In this document: positions 1 to 14,733 of the stretch, one piece after another
Layout: the number at the start of each line of letters is the position of its first letter
Numbering within the stretch: position 1 is the stretch's first letter
NCBI GenBank assembly: GCA_951406725.2
Contig: OX597839.1
Location: 7,068,001 to 7,132,000 of the forward strand
Reading direction: 5' to 3'
DNA length: 64,000 nt
DNA from: Octopus vulgaris
Lineage: Eukaryota
The notes under the pieces: generated by a model
Seen by the model: the letters and a program-made list of their open reading frames with translations, nothing else
What the model was told of the DNA's origin: nothing
The model's database searches: none
Made by a program: the position numbers and the translations under genes

Positions 1-573
1 TCACAAGGCATTGGTCGGCCCGGGGCTATAGCAGAAGACACTTGCCCAAGATGCCATATATACCTATATTATTATGTACTTAATACATCATAATATATTA
101 ATTTACTATTATAATATCTCAGTGTATTCTTATACACACCTTAACCGTTTTGAATTTTAGCGCCTGCTGTTCAACAGCTTTTTCTCTCATGAGCAAATGT
201 GAAGCAAGCTATCTGTTTACCCCGGTGTAAATTGTAGAAAACCTTGAGAAGAAACAAGACAAGGTTGCTTAAATCTCGAAATCCCGTGATATGGCTTTAT
301 CAAACTACTTCATTCAGTGATTTTATCTCGTCGAAGAAAGATGGTGAAGCTTGCTGCCCGCAGTCCCTTTCAACATCTCATGAGGTTGGTGATTTTGTGT
401 GAGTATTAAAGTTATATTTCTAGCAATTGCATGTGCTGTTGTGTTCCCTTATTTATGAATTCTGCCTCTTTCGTTTTAATTGCTATAGCCACCTCTATTA
501 TAATGTATATATCATAATATATTAATTTATCGTTATGACATCTTATTGTACGTGTGAGTGCGTGTTTGTGTGC

Positions 574-649
<76 letters not shown>

Positions 650-786
650 TTAGAGATAAAACCACTATTAGGCAAATCAAACAGTGAAAAACATAAGCCA
701 ATACATAAAATTAATTTAAAATATAATAGTTAAAAATTAAAATATTATTTAAATAATTTAAACTTATAAATTTTAAATCTATATAT

Positions 787-863
<77 letters not shown>

Positions 864-2439
864 ATATTTTCATATTTATATATTATTATATTATTTTATT
901 TATTTATTTATTTATTTTTTATAAATATCAAAAGTATTAAAGGTTTAATAAAAGATAAAGAGTAAAACACTACGATCGTTTCATGGCCGTACCAATTCGA
1001 ATAACAATAATTTAAATTCAATTAATAATTAGAGTTATGGTTACAGTCAATCTTCAGGTTAATTGAAATATTTTAAAAATAATTAGAAATATTTAAACAA
1101 TATTTTTAAGATATAAATAATATAATAATTTACTTATAATAAACTCTATTATCAAACTAGAATCTTAAAACTTAACAATTATGGTTATATCAAAATCGAT
1201 TATAATGTTAAATATTAATTTTAATTTATAAGATAAGAAACCCACTAATAATCTAATATCGGTAATAGTCTATATTCATGTGTGTGTCTTCGTGTCTGTG
1301 ATTGTGCCCTCGCCATCGCTTGACAATCAATGGTGATGTGTTTATGTCTCGTAAGCAGTTCGGCAAAAAAACACAGATAGGGGACTGAGACAACTGGTCA
1401 ACAGTTATTTATGGTCGAAAATTGCAAGACTGGTCTGCATGAAAACCGGCTTATCCACGAAAGAAATCATTCTACGAACAAATAAAATGGGACGACCTGT
1501 ATCAGTTTTGAACTTAAGTAGTATATATTAAAGTTCAATTTGTTTTCCCAGTTTTGTCAGTTTGCCTGCTTATAGATCTCTTTTAAAATGTGAACCTATC
1601 AATAAGAAGAAATTAAAGTTTAGCTTCTGTTGCTTAACTCACGTCAGAAGAATAGATATACCAAAACAAAAATACTCCTTCACGTGTGTCACAATACAAT
1701 TTTATAGATGCTAAACTTTGACTGTATAAAATTATCTGCCTCACAGTGCTATTTATTTATGCAGAAAAGATTGCAACTGCAGTCGGTATCGGGAGAAACT
1801 GTACTAATCCGTAGTTATCGTCAACTAAAATGGCCTCACCAAAAAACTAACACATTCAAAGTTAGATGAACTCTACATACTCACTCCTTGAGAAACACAT
1901 GGTTTCAACTTCATCTCTTTATTATATGACGAATGAAAATATCTAGCCACAATGAAAGTTATACCAAAAAGAGAAATACCGCTTTCCGACTGATAAAATT
2001 CGATTTCAGAGATGCCAAATTTTGTCGACGTAAAAGCAACTATCTCACAAAACTATCTCTATAGTAAATATTGTTAAAGCAAATAGTATCGGAAGTAACA
2101 ACATTGACTGCACAGTCCAATCTACAGTTATGACCTACTTTTGTCAAACAGAAAAAAAAAACACATACATTTAAAGTTGGATAAACATTTCATACTCACT
2201 CATTTAGAATCAAATAGTTTCATCTTGATTTCTCTGTCGTATGACACCCAACCATTAGATGTCTCGGTGCATTTTCTATGTTTTAAAAAATTTCTCTATT
2301 CGCCGTATTGTCGCCGGATGCATCGTGGGTGGCGAGGAAATCTCAGTACTAACACGTTCGATCATCAATTTTTCGAAGAATGAATACACTATAATACATC
2401 TTAAGGGTGTTTTTCTCCCTTTATTTACAAAAACGTATG

Positions 2440-2677
2440 CAGACACAAACACATGCACATACACACACACACCCACACAGTTATTCCACCACTCATATTT
2501 TATTTTGGTTCTTGAATAGATCGCTTTTGGCATAAAATTCTGAGTACCAACAGTAAATGAATAGTCTCGAACAAATGAGATATATACACATACATATACA
2601 TACATACACATATTCATACGAACATATATAAACACACACATATACAAACATACAAACATACATATGCATACATACAC

Positions 2678-2716
<39 letters not shown>

Positions 2717-3653
2717 CGAACATTCTATTTCGTGGAATGTGTAATTTTATCCGCTTTTTATATATACATGCATACATATAAACGCACATACATAGATGTA
2801 ATACGTAAATGCATACATACGCACAATACATGACATACGTACAATACATACATACATACACATACACATACATAGATATATACACAAGTACAAATATATT
2901 TTCAAATATTTTTTGTTTCAGTCACTGATCTGAGTCCATGCTGGAGCAACGCTTAGAAACCACATACTCACACACATACACATATACGTACACGTACATA
3001 TATATTTACACACATGTATACACACAAAGACATACACATACGAATACATATACATACATGCACGCACACATATTTTATTTAAATTCATACATACATGCGA
3101 TGCAGTACTTATATACATATTACATACCTACATATGGAGATGCATAGGTGCATACATACGAACTTAGATATACACACATACATATACATACATACATACA
3201 CATATTCATACGAATATACATAAACACACATACATATACATACATACAAACATACATATGCATACATACACATATACATACATATATACTTACATATACA
3301 TACATACAGACATACATACATACACACACATACATACATACATACACATACACATACATATATACTTACGTACATGTATATATTACACATAACATACATA
3401 ATACAACATACATAAATATATACATACACACATACATACATACATGCATATATACTTACGTAATGTATATATTGAACATAACATACATGCATATATGCAT
3501 GCATACATACATGCATACATACATACATGCATACATACATACATGCATACATACATACATGCATGCATACATACATACTTACATACATACATACATACAT
3601 ACATGCACACATACATACATACATACACACACACATACATACACACACATACA

Positions 3654-3687
<34 letters not shown>

Positions 3688-4260
3688 CATACATACATAC
3701 ATACATACATGCATACATACATACATGCATACATACATACATACATACATACATACATACATACATACATACATACATACATACATACATACATACATAC
3801 ATACATACATACAGCAGACGTACAGTGCCGTGCATACTGATGCTGTCCTATACACTCTACCATCGATCCATCCCACTAACGATTTATACTTAAGCACCTT
3901 TCAACAATAACATCGAGATAAAAACAGCAAACGACACATCTCCATTGTTTAATGATGTATATAGATTGATTCACCTCTGCGATTCACCCCTCGAACATTT
4001 CTCCTCCATACTCCTCTCTACTCTGCCCCTTCCTCTTCCTCTTTCTCCTCCTCCATCTTCTTCTCTTTCTCTCTTTCTCCCTCCTCTCTCTCTTATTCTA
4101 ACTCCGGCATTATCTCTCCTTTTCTTTTTGGTTCTTGTTTTCTTCTCTCTCTTCCTCTCTCTCTCTCTCTTCCTCTCTCTCTTATTCTAACTCCGGCATT
4201 ATCTCTCCTTTTCTTCTCTCTCTTCCTCTCTCTCTCTTCTCTCTCTCTCTCTCCCTTCCC

Positions 4261-4295
<35 letters not shown>

Positions 4296-4458
4296 CTCTC
4301 TCTTCCTCTCTCTCTCTTATTCTAACTCCGGCATTATCTCTCCTTTCCTTCTCTCTCTTCCTCTCTCTCTCTTCCTCTCTCTCTCTTCCTCGCTCTCTCT
4401 TATTCTAACTCCGGCATTATCTCTCCTTTTCTTTTTGCTTCTTGTTCTCTTCTTTCTC

Positions 4459-4499
<41 letters not shown>

Positions 4500-4895
4500 G
4501 TCTCTGTCCAGCGTTTTCTTTCCATTTCTTTTTTGCCTGTCGTTTTGTTCTCTGTCTCTCTCTATTTATGTATGACTGTCTGTCTGCCTATCTGTCTCTG
4601 TCTATCTGTCAGTCTCTGTCTCTGTCTGTCTCCGTCTCCGTTTCTCAATCTCTCTTATTCTCACTCCGGTTTCTCTCTTCTTTTCTATTTGCCTCTCGTC
4701 TTGTTCTCTTTCTCTCTCTCTCTCCCTCTCTTTCTTTCTCTCTCATTCTCTCTCCAACGTTCTCTCTCCTTTTCCTTTTTTTTCTTTCTCTCACTCTCTT
4801 ACACGCTCCTACTCCTACTATATCTTTCTCGGCGTGTCTTCACTCCTCACTATCCCACACACTAATCTCTCTCCTTGTCTCTCACTCTCACTCTC

Positions 4896-4926
<31 letters not shown>

Positions 4927-5039
4927 AATTATCTGTCTGTCTATCTCTCAATATATCCACACACACACACGCAAACACATACACACACACACACAAACAC
5001 GCACACACAAAATATATATAATTCCACTTAGCCTATCTT

Positions 5040-5098
<59 letters not shown>

Positions 5099-5143
5099 GT
5101 CAGTATATCTATCTGTCTCTCTGTCTCTCTCTCTCTCTCTCTT

Positions 5144-5200
<57 letters not shown>

Positions 5201-5925
5201 AAATGTATACGACGCACATACACAACAGACTGTCACACATACACGCATGTGTATCTCTCTCTCTGTCTTTCTTTATCTCTCTCTCTCTCTCTCTCTTTGT
5301 GTCTCTCACACACACAAAGAGAAACACATTCTCACACATTCTCACTCTCTCACTTTCCCTTTCAGTCTCTCTCTCTCATTGTCTCTCTCTCTCACTCTCA
5401 CTCTCTCACTGTCTCCCCCTCTCCCCTTCTCGTTCTTTCACTGTATCTCTCCCTCTCATTGTCTCCCTTTCTTCCATTCTCTCTCACTGTCTCCCCCTCT
5501 CCCTCTCCCTCCGTCTCTCTTTCACTCTAACAAGCAAACTCATTCGCACACATTCTCACTCTCTCTCTCCCCATCTCTTCCCTCTCTCTCTCTCTCTTTC
5601 TCTATCTCTCTCTCTCTCTTTCTGTCTCTCACACACACAAAGAGAAACACATTCTCACACATTCTCACTCTCTCAGTTTCCCTCTCACTGTTTCTCTCCC
5701 TCTCATTGTCTCCCTTTCTCCCCTTCTCTCTCACTGTCTCTCTCTCTTTCACTCTAACAAGCAAACTCATTCGCACACATTCTCACTCACTCTCTCTCTC
5801 TCCATCTCTTCCCTCTCCCCATCACTTCCCTCTCTCTCTCTTTCTCTCTCCCTGCCTTTCTCTCCCTCTCTTCTTCTTCATCTGCCTTCCTCACATATTC
5901 ATATACTCTCTCCTTCTCTTCTGAT
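2440..5925. repeat. Compound microsatellite block: (TACA)n, (TA)n, (CT)n, (TATC)n with higher-order duplications
   Basis: (TACA)n at 3480-3812; CT tract 4020-5920 with CTCTTATTCTAACTCCGGCATTATCTCTCC four times and two duplicated segments of about 45 bp. Confidence 0.95.
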
Positions 5926-7779
5926 GCTTTTTCCGCTTTGTTTTCCTGTCATTACAATATTAACGATTTACCGCCATTATAGTTAAAATAACCGTCAATA
6001 ACCAATCCGCAATGGTCACGTAAAATCTTCCAGTCTTCATTTGTCTTTCATATTGATTGATTTAGAATTTAGCTCACTGTTTGTTTCCCTTCTTGTTTTC
6101 TCCTTTCAAACTTTCTTCCATTTTGTTTTTCTCTTTTTTTTCTTTTTTTTCTTTCTTTCTTTTTTTCTTTCTTTCTTTCCTGTTTTATTTTTGTTTGCTG
6201 TGTTTTTTTTCCATTTTTTGTTGTTTTTTGTTGTTGTTGTTTTTCGTGATTATATTTCTTCGTCTCTTCGTCTCCATCTTTACAATAGAATATTTATATC
6301 GCAACATACTTTATTTAAACGCATGCATAAACGAAATTTCACACACACACTACACACACTCACACACACACTACACACTCACATACACACACATACATGC
6401 CTACAAACACACACAGACACACACACATAGACGCAAACATAAAAATTTAAGCACACAATATATATTTATATATATATATATATATATATGAATATATATA
6501 CATACTTACACACATATATACGTACATACACGCATACATGCACACATATATTTCAACATATATACATGCATAACTACAAACACACACATATACGTATGTA
6601 AGCGCGTCTGTGCGTATGTATGTATGTATGTATGTATGTATGTATGTATGTATGTATGTATACATATATATATACATATACACATACATTTGTACATTCA
6701 TATAAATAATTACATGCAAGCATACTCACGTATATTCCTACATACATATACACATAGTTATGTAGATACATGCATACTCACACTCATATATATATATACA
6801 CCTATATACATGCATATATACAGACGTATATACATTAATATATACACACAGATATGAGACTAATATTTGTTCGTTGTAAGAATAAAGCTTCGGCTTAAAT
6901 AACGAATTCAGCACCCAATTAAGACATCTGAATACGTTGAATGCTAATTACAGGTGAGCTATCATGGCATAAATGAAGGAAATGAAAACATTTACCTGTG
7001 TGGTAATAAGTTTGCTTTGTAATCACATGGTTCCAGGTTCAGGCCCACTGCGTGGCAGCTTGGGCAAGTATCTTCAATTATAGCCTCCGGCCGACTAATG
7101 CATTGTAAGTGGATATGGTAGATGGAAATGAAATAAACCCGTCTCTCTGACACACACACACATGCGCGCATACATGTATATATATAAACACGCATTGAGT
7201 CGAACCAGGGCTTCCCGAACTTCCGCGTTGCCAGACATTATGGTCTTGATGTCATCCGCATATGCCGATAGAGCTCATTCATATCCCAGTTGGAAAGAGA
7301 TGTCTCTCAAGAATTCTCGCGTCTACAGCAAAGGCTAGAGTGCCAGAACACATGGAGGCGCTGTGATAGTACACTTCTGACGGATCGAGTTCGAGTTATG
7401 AAACGGTTCTGCTAAGGGGCAAATCGTTTTTAGTATTGGTACAACGCCTGAAAGGATGTTGTGGTGGTGGGGGCTATTCGATTACAGCAAAACCTTATGT
7501 TCGATTGGAAATTAATTTACCGACTCCGTAAAAAATGAAACATAAAGTTGACCTCGGCCTGATTTGAACGCAGAAACTAAAGAGACTGAAAAAAAATGCC
7601 GGTAAGCATTTTGTACGATGCGCCAATGCTTCTACTAATCTTCTCCACTTAGATAAGAAGAGCAAGAACTACAATAGAACAAACTTGATAACACATTAAG
7701 CTAATTCCAAACAGTTTATCGCACTTGACCTCGCAAATGGTTGAAAAAGCAAACGGCAATAAAGAAAATCACTATCAGA

Positions 7780-7895
7780 AATGACAACAACAACAACAAC
7801 AACAACAACAATAATAATAATATAATAATAATAATAATAGTAACAGTAATAATAATAATAATAGTAATAATAATAATAATGATGATGATAATAAC

Positions 7896-7951
<56 letters not shown>

Positions 7952-8115
7952 TAAAAAATAATAATAGTAATAATGATAGTAATAATATTTATTTGCCAGA
8001 AGGGCGAAGAATGAGGAGGGCAATACAAAGACAGACATAAAGTGTGGGGGATTTACAAATAATGAAATGATAAAAAAAAAATTATTATCATAATAGTGAT
8101 GATGATGATGATGAA

Positions 8116-8165
<50 letters not shown>

Positions 8166-8334
8166 CGACGACGACGACGACGACGACGAAGACGATGACG
8201 ACGATGATGATGATTATGATGATGATGATGGCAGTGGTAGTGGCAGTGATATGATGATGTTGATGATGATGATGAGGAGGACGAAGACAATGACAACGAT
8301 GATGGTCACGACCGATGATGATGGTGAAGATGAC

Positions 8335-8369
<35 letters not shown>

Positions 8370-8380
8370 CGATGATGATG

Positions 8381-8411
<31 letters not shown>

Positions 8412-8510
8412 CGACGAAGACGATGACAACGATGATGGTCACGACCGATGATGATGGTGAAGATGACGATGATGATGATGATGATGAGCATGAGGATGAT
8501 GATCATGATG
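7780..8510. repeat. (AAC)(AAT)(GAT)(GAC) trinucleotide block
   Basis: Direct reading; includes a duplicated interrupted unit of about 135 bp. Confidence 0.95.
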
Positions 8511-8976
8511 ACTCTTTTATCAGCCAGAAATGGTTTACACTAAGAAAAAAACCCCTTAAGGACGGGAAAATGCACAACATTGGTTGAGTGTCCGTGTGTG
8601 TGTGTGTGTGAGCGCGTGTGTTGGTTTGGGGGTGGACTGATAGGAATTTAGTGCCTCTTGTTTCTTTCTTATCTTTTTCTCCATAAATAAAACCACGTAA
8701 GACAAAAACACAACAACGCAACAACAGGAAGCAGTGTGCGAACACACCTCCCGTGTGTCCTAGCGGGGTGAGAATGAAATATATTCAAAAGAAATGTGGA
8801 CATTTTACAGTACCATCACAGATACGCCACCAGTACCCCGCTCCAACCCCCTTCCCCCGCCGCCGCCACTACGGCCGTTTAACTATGTTACCAGACACCA
8901 GCGCCACTACTACCATAAAGAAATCTGACTATTCTGACAGTTCGATATCTCATTGTAAAAACACACACACACACAT

Positions 8977-9120
<144 letters not shown>

Positions 9121-9243
9121 GTTACATATCTGTATATGCACTTACTGATATAAATACATTCATGCTTATATAAATCTAAATCCATATATGTACATGCGCG
9201 TGCACGTGTATTATGCTTATGTGTGCATGCATGTTTGTATGTA

Positions 9244-9373
<130 letters not shown>

Positions 9374-9540
9374 TATACAGGTATACATATACATACATGT
9401 GTAGAAAAGTACTTGTATGTATGTTTTTATGTATGTAAGCACATGTTCATATAAATTCTACAGAAACGTTGTTTATCTGTTTGTTGTAAGTGCCTAAGTA
9501 AGCAGATATCTTATCAAGCGCTAGTGTTTGAAAACGGTAA

Positions 9541-9572
<32 letters not shown>

Positions 9573-10173
9573 AAAGTAGAAACCAAGGATCTCAGTGTTA
9601 AGAGCGAAATATAATGGACCACCAGATCAGTCAGTCTTCTGGTAAATCTAAAATTAAACGAGAAGAGCGAATATCTCCCGTTCTTGTTCTGTGTTAACTC
9701 ATTGTAACGAAGAATCTCTAACAAAGCCAAGTTTTCAGATAAAAACAACAGCGTAAAACAGAAGGAAGCAAGAACAAAAGAAGGAAATAGCTGGGCTACG
9801 TACGGGATTATATTTATGAGGGAAAGATAAGCTGTACTTAACTCACAAGAATTCGTTCGGCCACTGCTTTTTACCGTTGTTTCTGTTTTTGTTTCTTTGC
9901 CCCCGAAGTAACCTAATCGAGCCGGCTTACAACCCAAGATATTCCAACCATGACACCGCTGGGTATTTTTTTGCAAACATAGGTTATCGAGGTCTACACT
10001 ACGCAATGTGTCATTCCTTGTTGTAAACAGCAGGGAGCGATTTGAAAGAGATTTAGCAACGATATCTCGAGAGCTAAGTGTCCACAAGATGGGGACTGAC
10101 GTTCGTTCTTATTTATCTCTGTGCTTTTCTGATTATAATTGGTACTGGAAAAACTAGAATATCCAACGACACT

Positions 10174-10557
10174 GGTTGGAAGCACTCCGTCGGTTACGAC
10201 GACGAGGGTTCCGGTTGATCCGATCAACGGAACAGCCTGCTCGTGAAATTAACGTGTAAGTGGCTGAGCACTCCACAGACACGTGTACCCTTAACGTAGT
10301 TCTCGGGGATATTCAGCGTGACACAGAGAGTGACAAGGCCGGCCCTTTGAAATACATGTACAACAGAAGCAGGAAGTAAGAGTGAGAGAAAGTTGGTGAA
10401 AGAGTACAGCAGGGATCACCACCATCCCTGCCGGAGCCTCGTGGAGCTTTAGGTGTTTTCGCTCAATAAACACTCACAACACCCGGTCTGGGAATCGAAA
10501 CCGCGATCCTACGACCGCGAGTCCGCTGCCTTAACCACTGGGCCATTGCGCCTCCAC
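10174..10557 (-). mobile_element. tRNA-derived SINE, family C (head 1 plus tail X)
   Basis: Minus-strand head GTGGAGGCGCAATGGCCCAGTGGTTAAGGC..GGTTTCGATTCC; TSD CCAACGACACT at 10163-10173 and 10558-10568. Confidence 0.9.
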
Positions 10558-10847
10558 CCAACGACACTAAGCTGTGGGAAACGATTTCGTATCCTTGGGT
10601 AGTAAATGTATTCCTCTTTGCTCACCCCTAAAAACTATGAAAAATGGTTAATATTTCATTCAAACATTCTTCTTGTGACATTTATTCAAACCCCCGAAGA
10701 ATCCTTCGCAACACATGGCTATGATGCTCACCCGCTACTCCTGCTCTGGATCAGCAGAAAGGTACATACTGTTAGTCACTAAGGGACATGCTTAAGTGGT
10801 GATGGTCAAGCAACTGGCATGCAAATCTGTGGTATTGAGCAGAATAA

Positions 10848-11446
10848 GGCGGCGAGCTGGCAGAAACGTTAGCACGCAGGGCGAAAGGCCTAGCGGTATT
10901 TCGTTTGCCGCTACGTTCTGAGTTCAAATTCCGCCGAGGTCGACTTTGCCTTTCATTCTTTCGGGGTCGATTGAATAAGTACCAGTTACGCACTGGGGTC
11001 GATATAATCGACTTAATCCGTTTGTCTGTCATTGCTTGTCCTCTCTGTGTTTAGCCCCTTGTGGGTAGTAAAGAAATAGGTTTTTCGTCTGCCGCTACGT
11101 TCTGAGTTCAAATTCCGCCGAGGTCGACTTGGCCTTTCATCCTTTCGGGGTCGATTAAATAAGTACCAGTTACGTACTGGGGTCGATATAATTGACTTAA
11201 GCTGTTTGTCTGTCCTTGTTTGTCCTCTCTGTGTTTAGCCCCGTGTGGGTAGTAAAGAAATAGGTATTTCTTTTGCCGCTACGTTCTGAGTTCAAATTCC
11301 GCCGAGGTCTACTTTGCCTTTCATCCTTTCGGGTTCGATTAAATAAGTACCAGTTACGTACTGGGGTCGATATAATTGACTTAATCTGTTTGTCTGTCAT
11401 TGCTTGTCCTCTCTGTGTTTAGCCCCGTGTGGGTAGTAAAGAAATA
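10848..11446 (+). mobile_element. Meta-domain tRNA SINE (family B): one head plus 3 tandem bodies of about 184 bp
   Basis: Head GGCGGCGAGCTGGCAGAAACGTTAGC, B box GAGTTCAAATTCC, Meta-domain-like GGTCGACTTTGCCTTTCATCCTTTCGGGGTCGAT..AAGTACCAG; 16-bp TSD GGTATTGAGCAGAATA at 10831-10846 and 11447-11462. Confidence 0.9.
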
Positions 11447-11559
11447 GGTATTGAGCAGAATATTTGCTATAACAATATTTCTGCCTCAGCAACTCCGTAC
11501 AGAATCTGTCTGAAATGTAATGGAAAATAGGTCAGTTTCAAAATATTGATGCCCAGGTG

Positions 11560-11850
11560 ACAAATACAAAGTCTGAAGGGAATAGTAGTAATTTCTTTGG
11601 ATTTTTAGACAGAAGCAAATAGGAAATAACACTTACTGACCAAAGACACATAATAGAAATAAAAATTTTGTTACACACTTTTATCGAGAATCAAGTCCAC
11701 AAAGTTGTCGTGTTTTGGACACACGGTAAGCTACAATTTATTGCCAAAATCGCCTAAGGCCATCTTGGCAAGAAGTGTGGAAGGGAAGCGAATGAGGTCG
11801 TCAGAGTTGTTTGTGGGTTGAAGAATTTAGAAGAATGTAAGTGAAATAAA
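11560..11850 (+). mobile_element. Highly decayed RTE LINE C-terminal fragment
   Basis: KLSCFGHTV...ILARSVEGKRMR at about 11702-11797 resembles the RTE KL.WFGH..IL.G.VEGKR motif. Confidence 0.45.
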
Positions 11851-12049
11851 TTTAAATATTATAAAACCTCATTCTGTGGGAAATATCGATGGGAAAAAAA
11901 AATATTTTCTTCATATACTACTGAATTACGGAATAAAAGAGAGAGAAAGCGTTCCATGCTTCACTGGCCACCTCTCAGAGAAGATGTACCTATCTGACTT
12001 TCCCAATCAATAACCTGGTTCTGAAATACCTGCAAGAGATGCAAGTAGT

Positions 12050-12215
12050 GGCGCAGGAGTGGCTGTATTGGTAAGTAGCTTGTTTACCAACCACATGGTT
12101 CCGGGTTCAGTCCCACTACGTGGCACCTTGGGCAAGTGTCTTCTACTATAGCCTCGGGCCGACCAATGACTTGTGAGTGGATTTGGTAGATGGAAACTGA
12201 AAGAAGCCTGTCGTA

Positions 12216-12257
<42 letters not shown>

Positions 12258-12484
12258 TGTGTATGTTTGTGTGTCTGTGTTTGTCCCCCTAGCATTGCTT
12301 GACAACCGATGCTGGTGTGTTTATGTCCCCGTTACATAGCGGTTCGGCAAAAGAGACCGATAGAATAAGTACTGGGCTTACAAAAGAATAAGTCCTGGGG
12401 TCGAGTTGCTCGATTAAAGGCGGTGCTCCAGCATGGCCGCAGTCAAATGACTGAAACAAGTAAAAGAGTAAAAGAGAGAGTAAA
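12050..12484 (+). mobile_element. tRNA-derived SINE, family A (CORE-like segment, internal (TA)n(TG)n, AGTAAAAG tail), full length
   Basis: Head GGCGCAGGAGTGGCTG..GGTTCAGTCCC (A/B-box-like), CORE-like CACCTTGGGCAAGTGTCTT, near-identical to copies at 24103, 29357 and 57369; short TSD AGTAGTG. Confidence 0.9.
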
Positions 12485-12911
12485 GAGTAGTGAATCTAGT
12501 GGAAAGTAATGGTTGTTACTGCTCTTTTACTGCTCTTTTAACCTCAGGAGGACATCTCTTCCAGCTGGTTAGCGACACACTGTATGTGTCCGTTATATCG
12601 CAAACAAGGGAGCGAACAATTACTATCCAGCAGTGACAGGACTAGTAGACCAGCTGGTTTTAGGTGCTTACTCTTCCTCAGTAATGGTACACCTGTCTGC
12701 TTGACATGGCTGTCGTTCGTTCCAATTCGCAATATATAAATAAACGGCACAAAAAAAAGACGAAGACATGTAGTGTAGACAACAAACAGATGTATTAGTA
12801 TAACGTTCAGGAAGTGAAAAGGTTTTTAACGTTTCGAGCCTACGCTCTTCCACACACAGAAAGAAACAAGGAGAGAAAATAGAGAAAATAAAGAATGTGT
12901 ATTGACTAACG

Positions 12912-12998
<87 letters not shown>

Positions 12999-13006
12999 CA
13001 TCCATC

Positions 13007-13061
<55 letters not shown>

Positions 13062-13064
13062 ATC

Positions 13065-13134
<70 letters not shown>

Positions 13135-13137
13135 TTA

Positions 13138-13207
<70 letters not shown>

Positions 13208-13400
13208 CACGACAGGCTTCATTCAGTTTCCGTCTATCAAATCTACTCATGAAATTTTGGTCAGCCTGAGGCTACAGTAGAAGACATTTTCCCAAGGTGA
13301 CACATTTTTTTCCTTATACATATCAACTCGTGTGTTCCTTTTCAACCTTCAACAGATATCTATCTATATATATGTGTGTGTGTGTTTGTGCGTGTGTGAG

Positions 13401-13438
<38 letters not shown>

Positions 13439-14609
13439 ATTATGCTATATTATATAAACGACCCGTACTGTCAACCGACCAGCCAAACAACCAATCAAAC
13501 GTCCATCAGATCTCTCCACCTCTTTAACAAATATAAACAAGACGAGGGACTGTTACTGTCACCGTACACAAAAGACCCTTGTATACAACCTGTCAGCTCC
13601 AGTTCAGCCAGAAGAGGAAAGCCAAATATATCAGCTCCAATCAATTATCTATTGAATTAAAACGCGAAGAACATGTTTCGCTCTAAAGATGGGGCGTTTT
13701 CACTCCTCCTCATTATCTCCCCTCGTTCTCTCTCGCACTAGCTCTCCTTTTCTTTGTTTCTTTCTCCCCTACTTCTTCCCTTTCTTTCTCTCCTTCCTAT
13801 CACTCACATTCCCTTGCTCTCCTTCCCACTTTCTCAATTTGCAACTCTTTCAATCTGGTTCCTTTCTTCTTGACTGAATTTCTCGTATTTCTGTTGAATC
13901 AAAGCTTTCACTCTTTCTTTCTTTCTTTCTTTCTTACTTCTATCCTTTCTTTCTCTTTTTCTTTCTTTCTTCCTTTCCTTTCTACCTTCCTTTCTTCCTC
14001 TCACTCTTTCTTTCTTCTTTTCTTTCTTTCCTTCTTTCATTCACTCTTTCTTCTTTTCCGTCTTACTTGCATTCTTTCTTCCTTTGTTTCTTTCTTTCTT
14101 TCCTTCTTTCTTTCTTCCATTCACTTTTCTGTATTTCACTCCTTCTTCCTTTCTTTCCGTCTTACTCGCATTTTTTCGTTGCTTCTTTCTTTCTTTCTTT
14201 CACTTTTCCTTCCTTTCTTTCCGAATTACATGCATTCTTTCCTTCACTCTTTCTTTTTCTTTCTCTCCTTCTTTCTTTTATCCTTCCTTTCCAATAATCT
14301 TTCTTTTCTTCTTTCCTTCTTTCCTTCATATTTTCTTTCTTCTTTAACTTTCATTAATTTTCCTTTCTTTTTATTGTTTATTTATTTGATACCTCTTTTC
14401 TTATTTCTTTTCTTCCCCCCCCCACCTCTCTCTCTTTGTTTCATCTTTCTTTAGTATTTCTTTCATGAAATTTTCTTCCTTTCTTCGTTTCTTTCTTTCC
14501 TTCAGTCTGTCTTTAAGTTTTCACTCAATTTTCCTTCTTTCCCAGGGAAAAGAAGAAACAGAGCAAATAGAAGAAGAAGAAGAAGAAGAAGAAGAAGAAG
14601 ACGAAGAAG

Positions 14610-14641
<32 letters not shown>

Positions 14642-14652
14642 GAAGAAGAAGA

Positions 14653-14733
<81 letters not shown>

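Noticed and set aside
1381-2350. Possible TIR element (GGACTGAGACAACT / AGATGTCTCGGTGC)
   Set aside because: The match is short and imperfect, with no TSD.
9521-10087. 188-aa minus-strand ORF
   Set aside because: No recognisable motif; it ends in (TA)n translation and is probably chance.
10480-10557. SINE heads as functional tRNA genes
   Set aside because: They have A/B-box similarity only, continue into SINE bodies and are flanked by TSDs.
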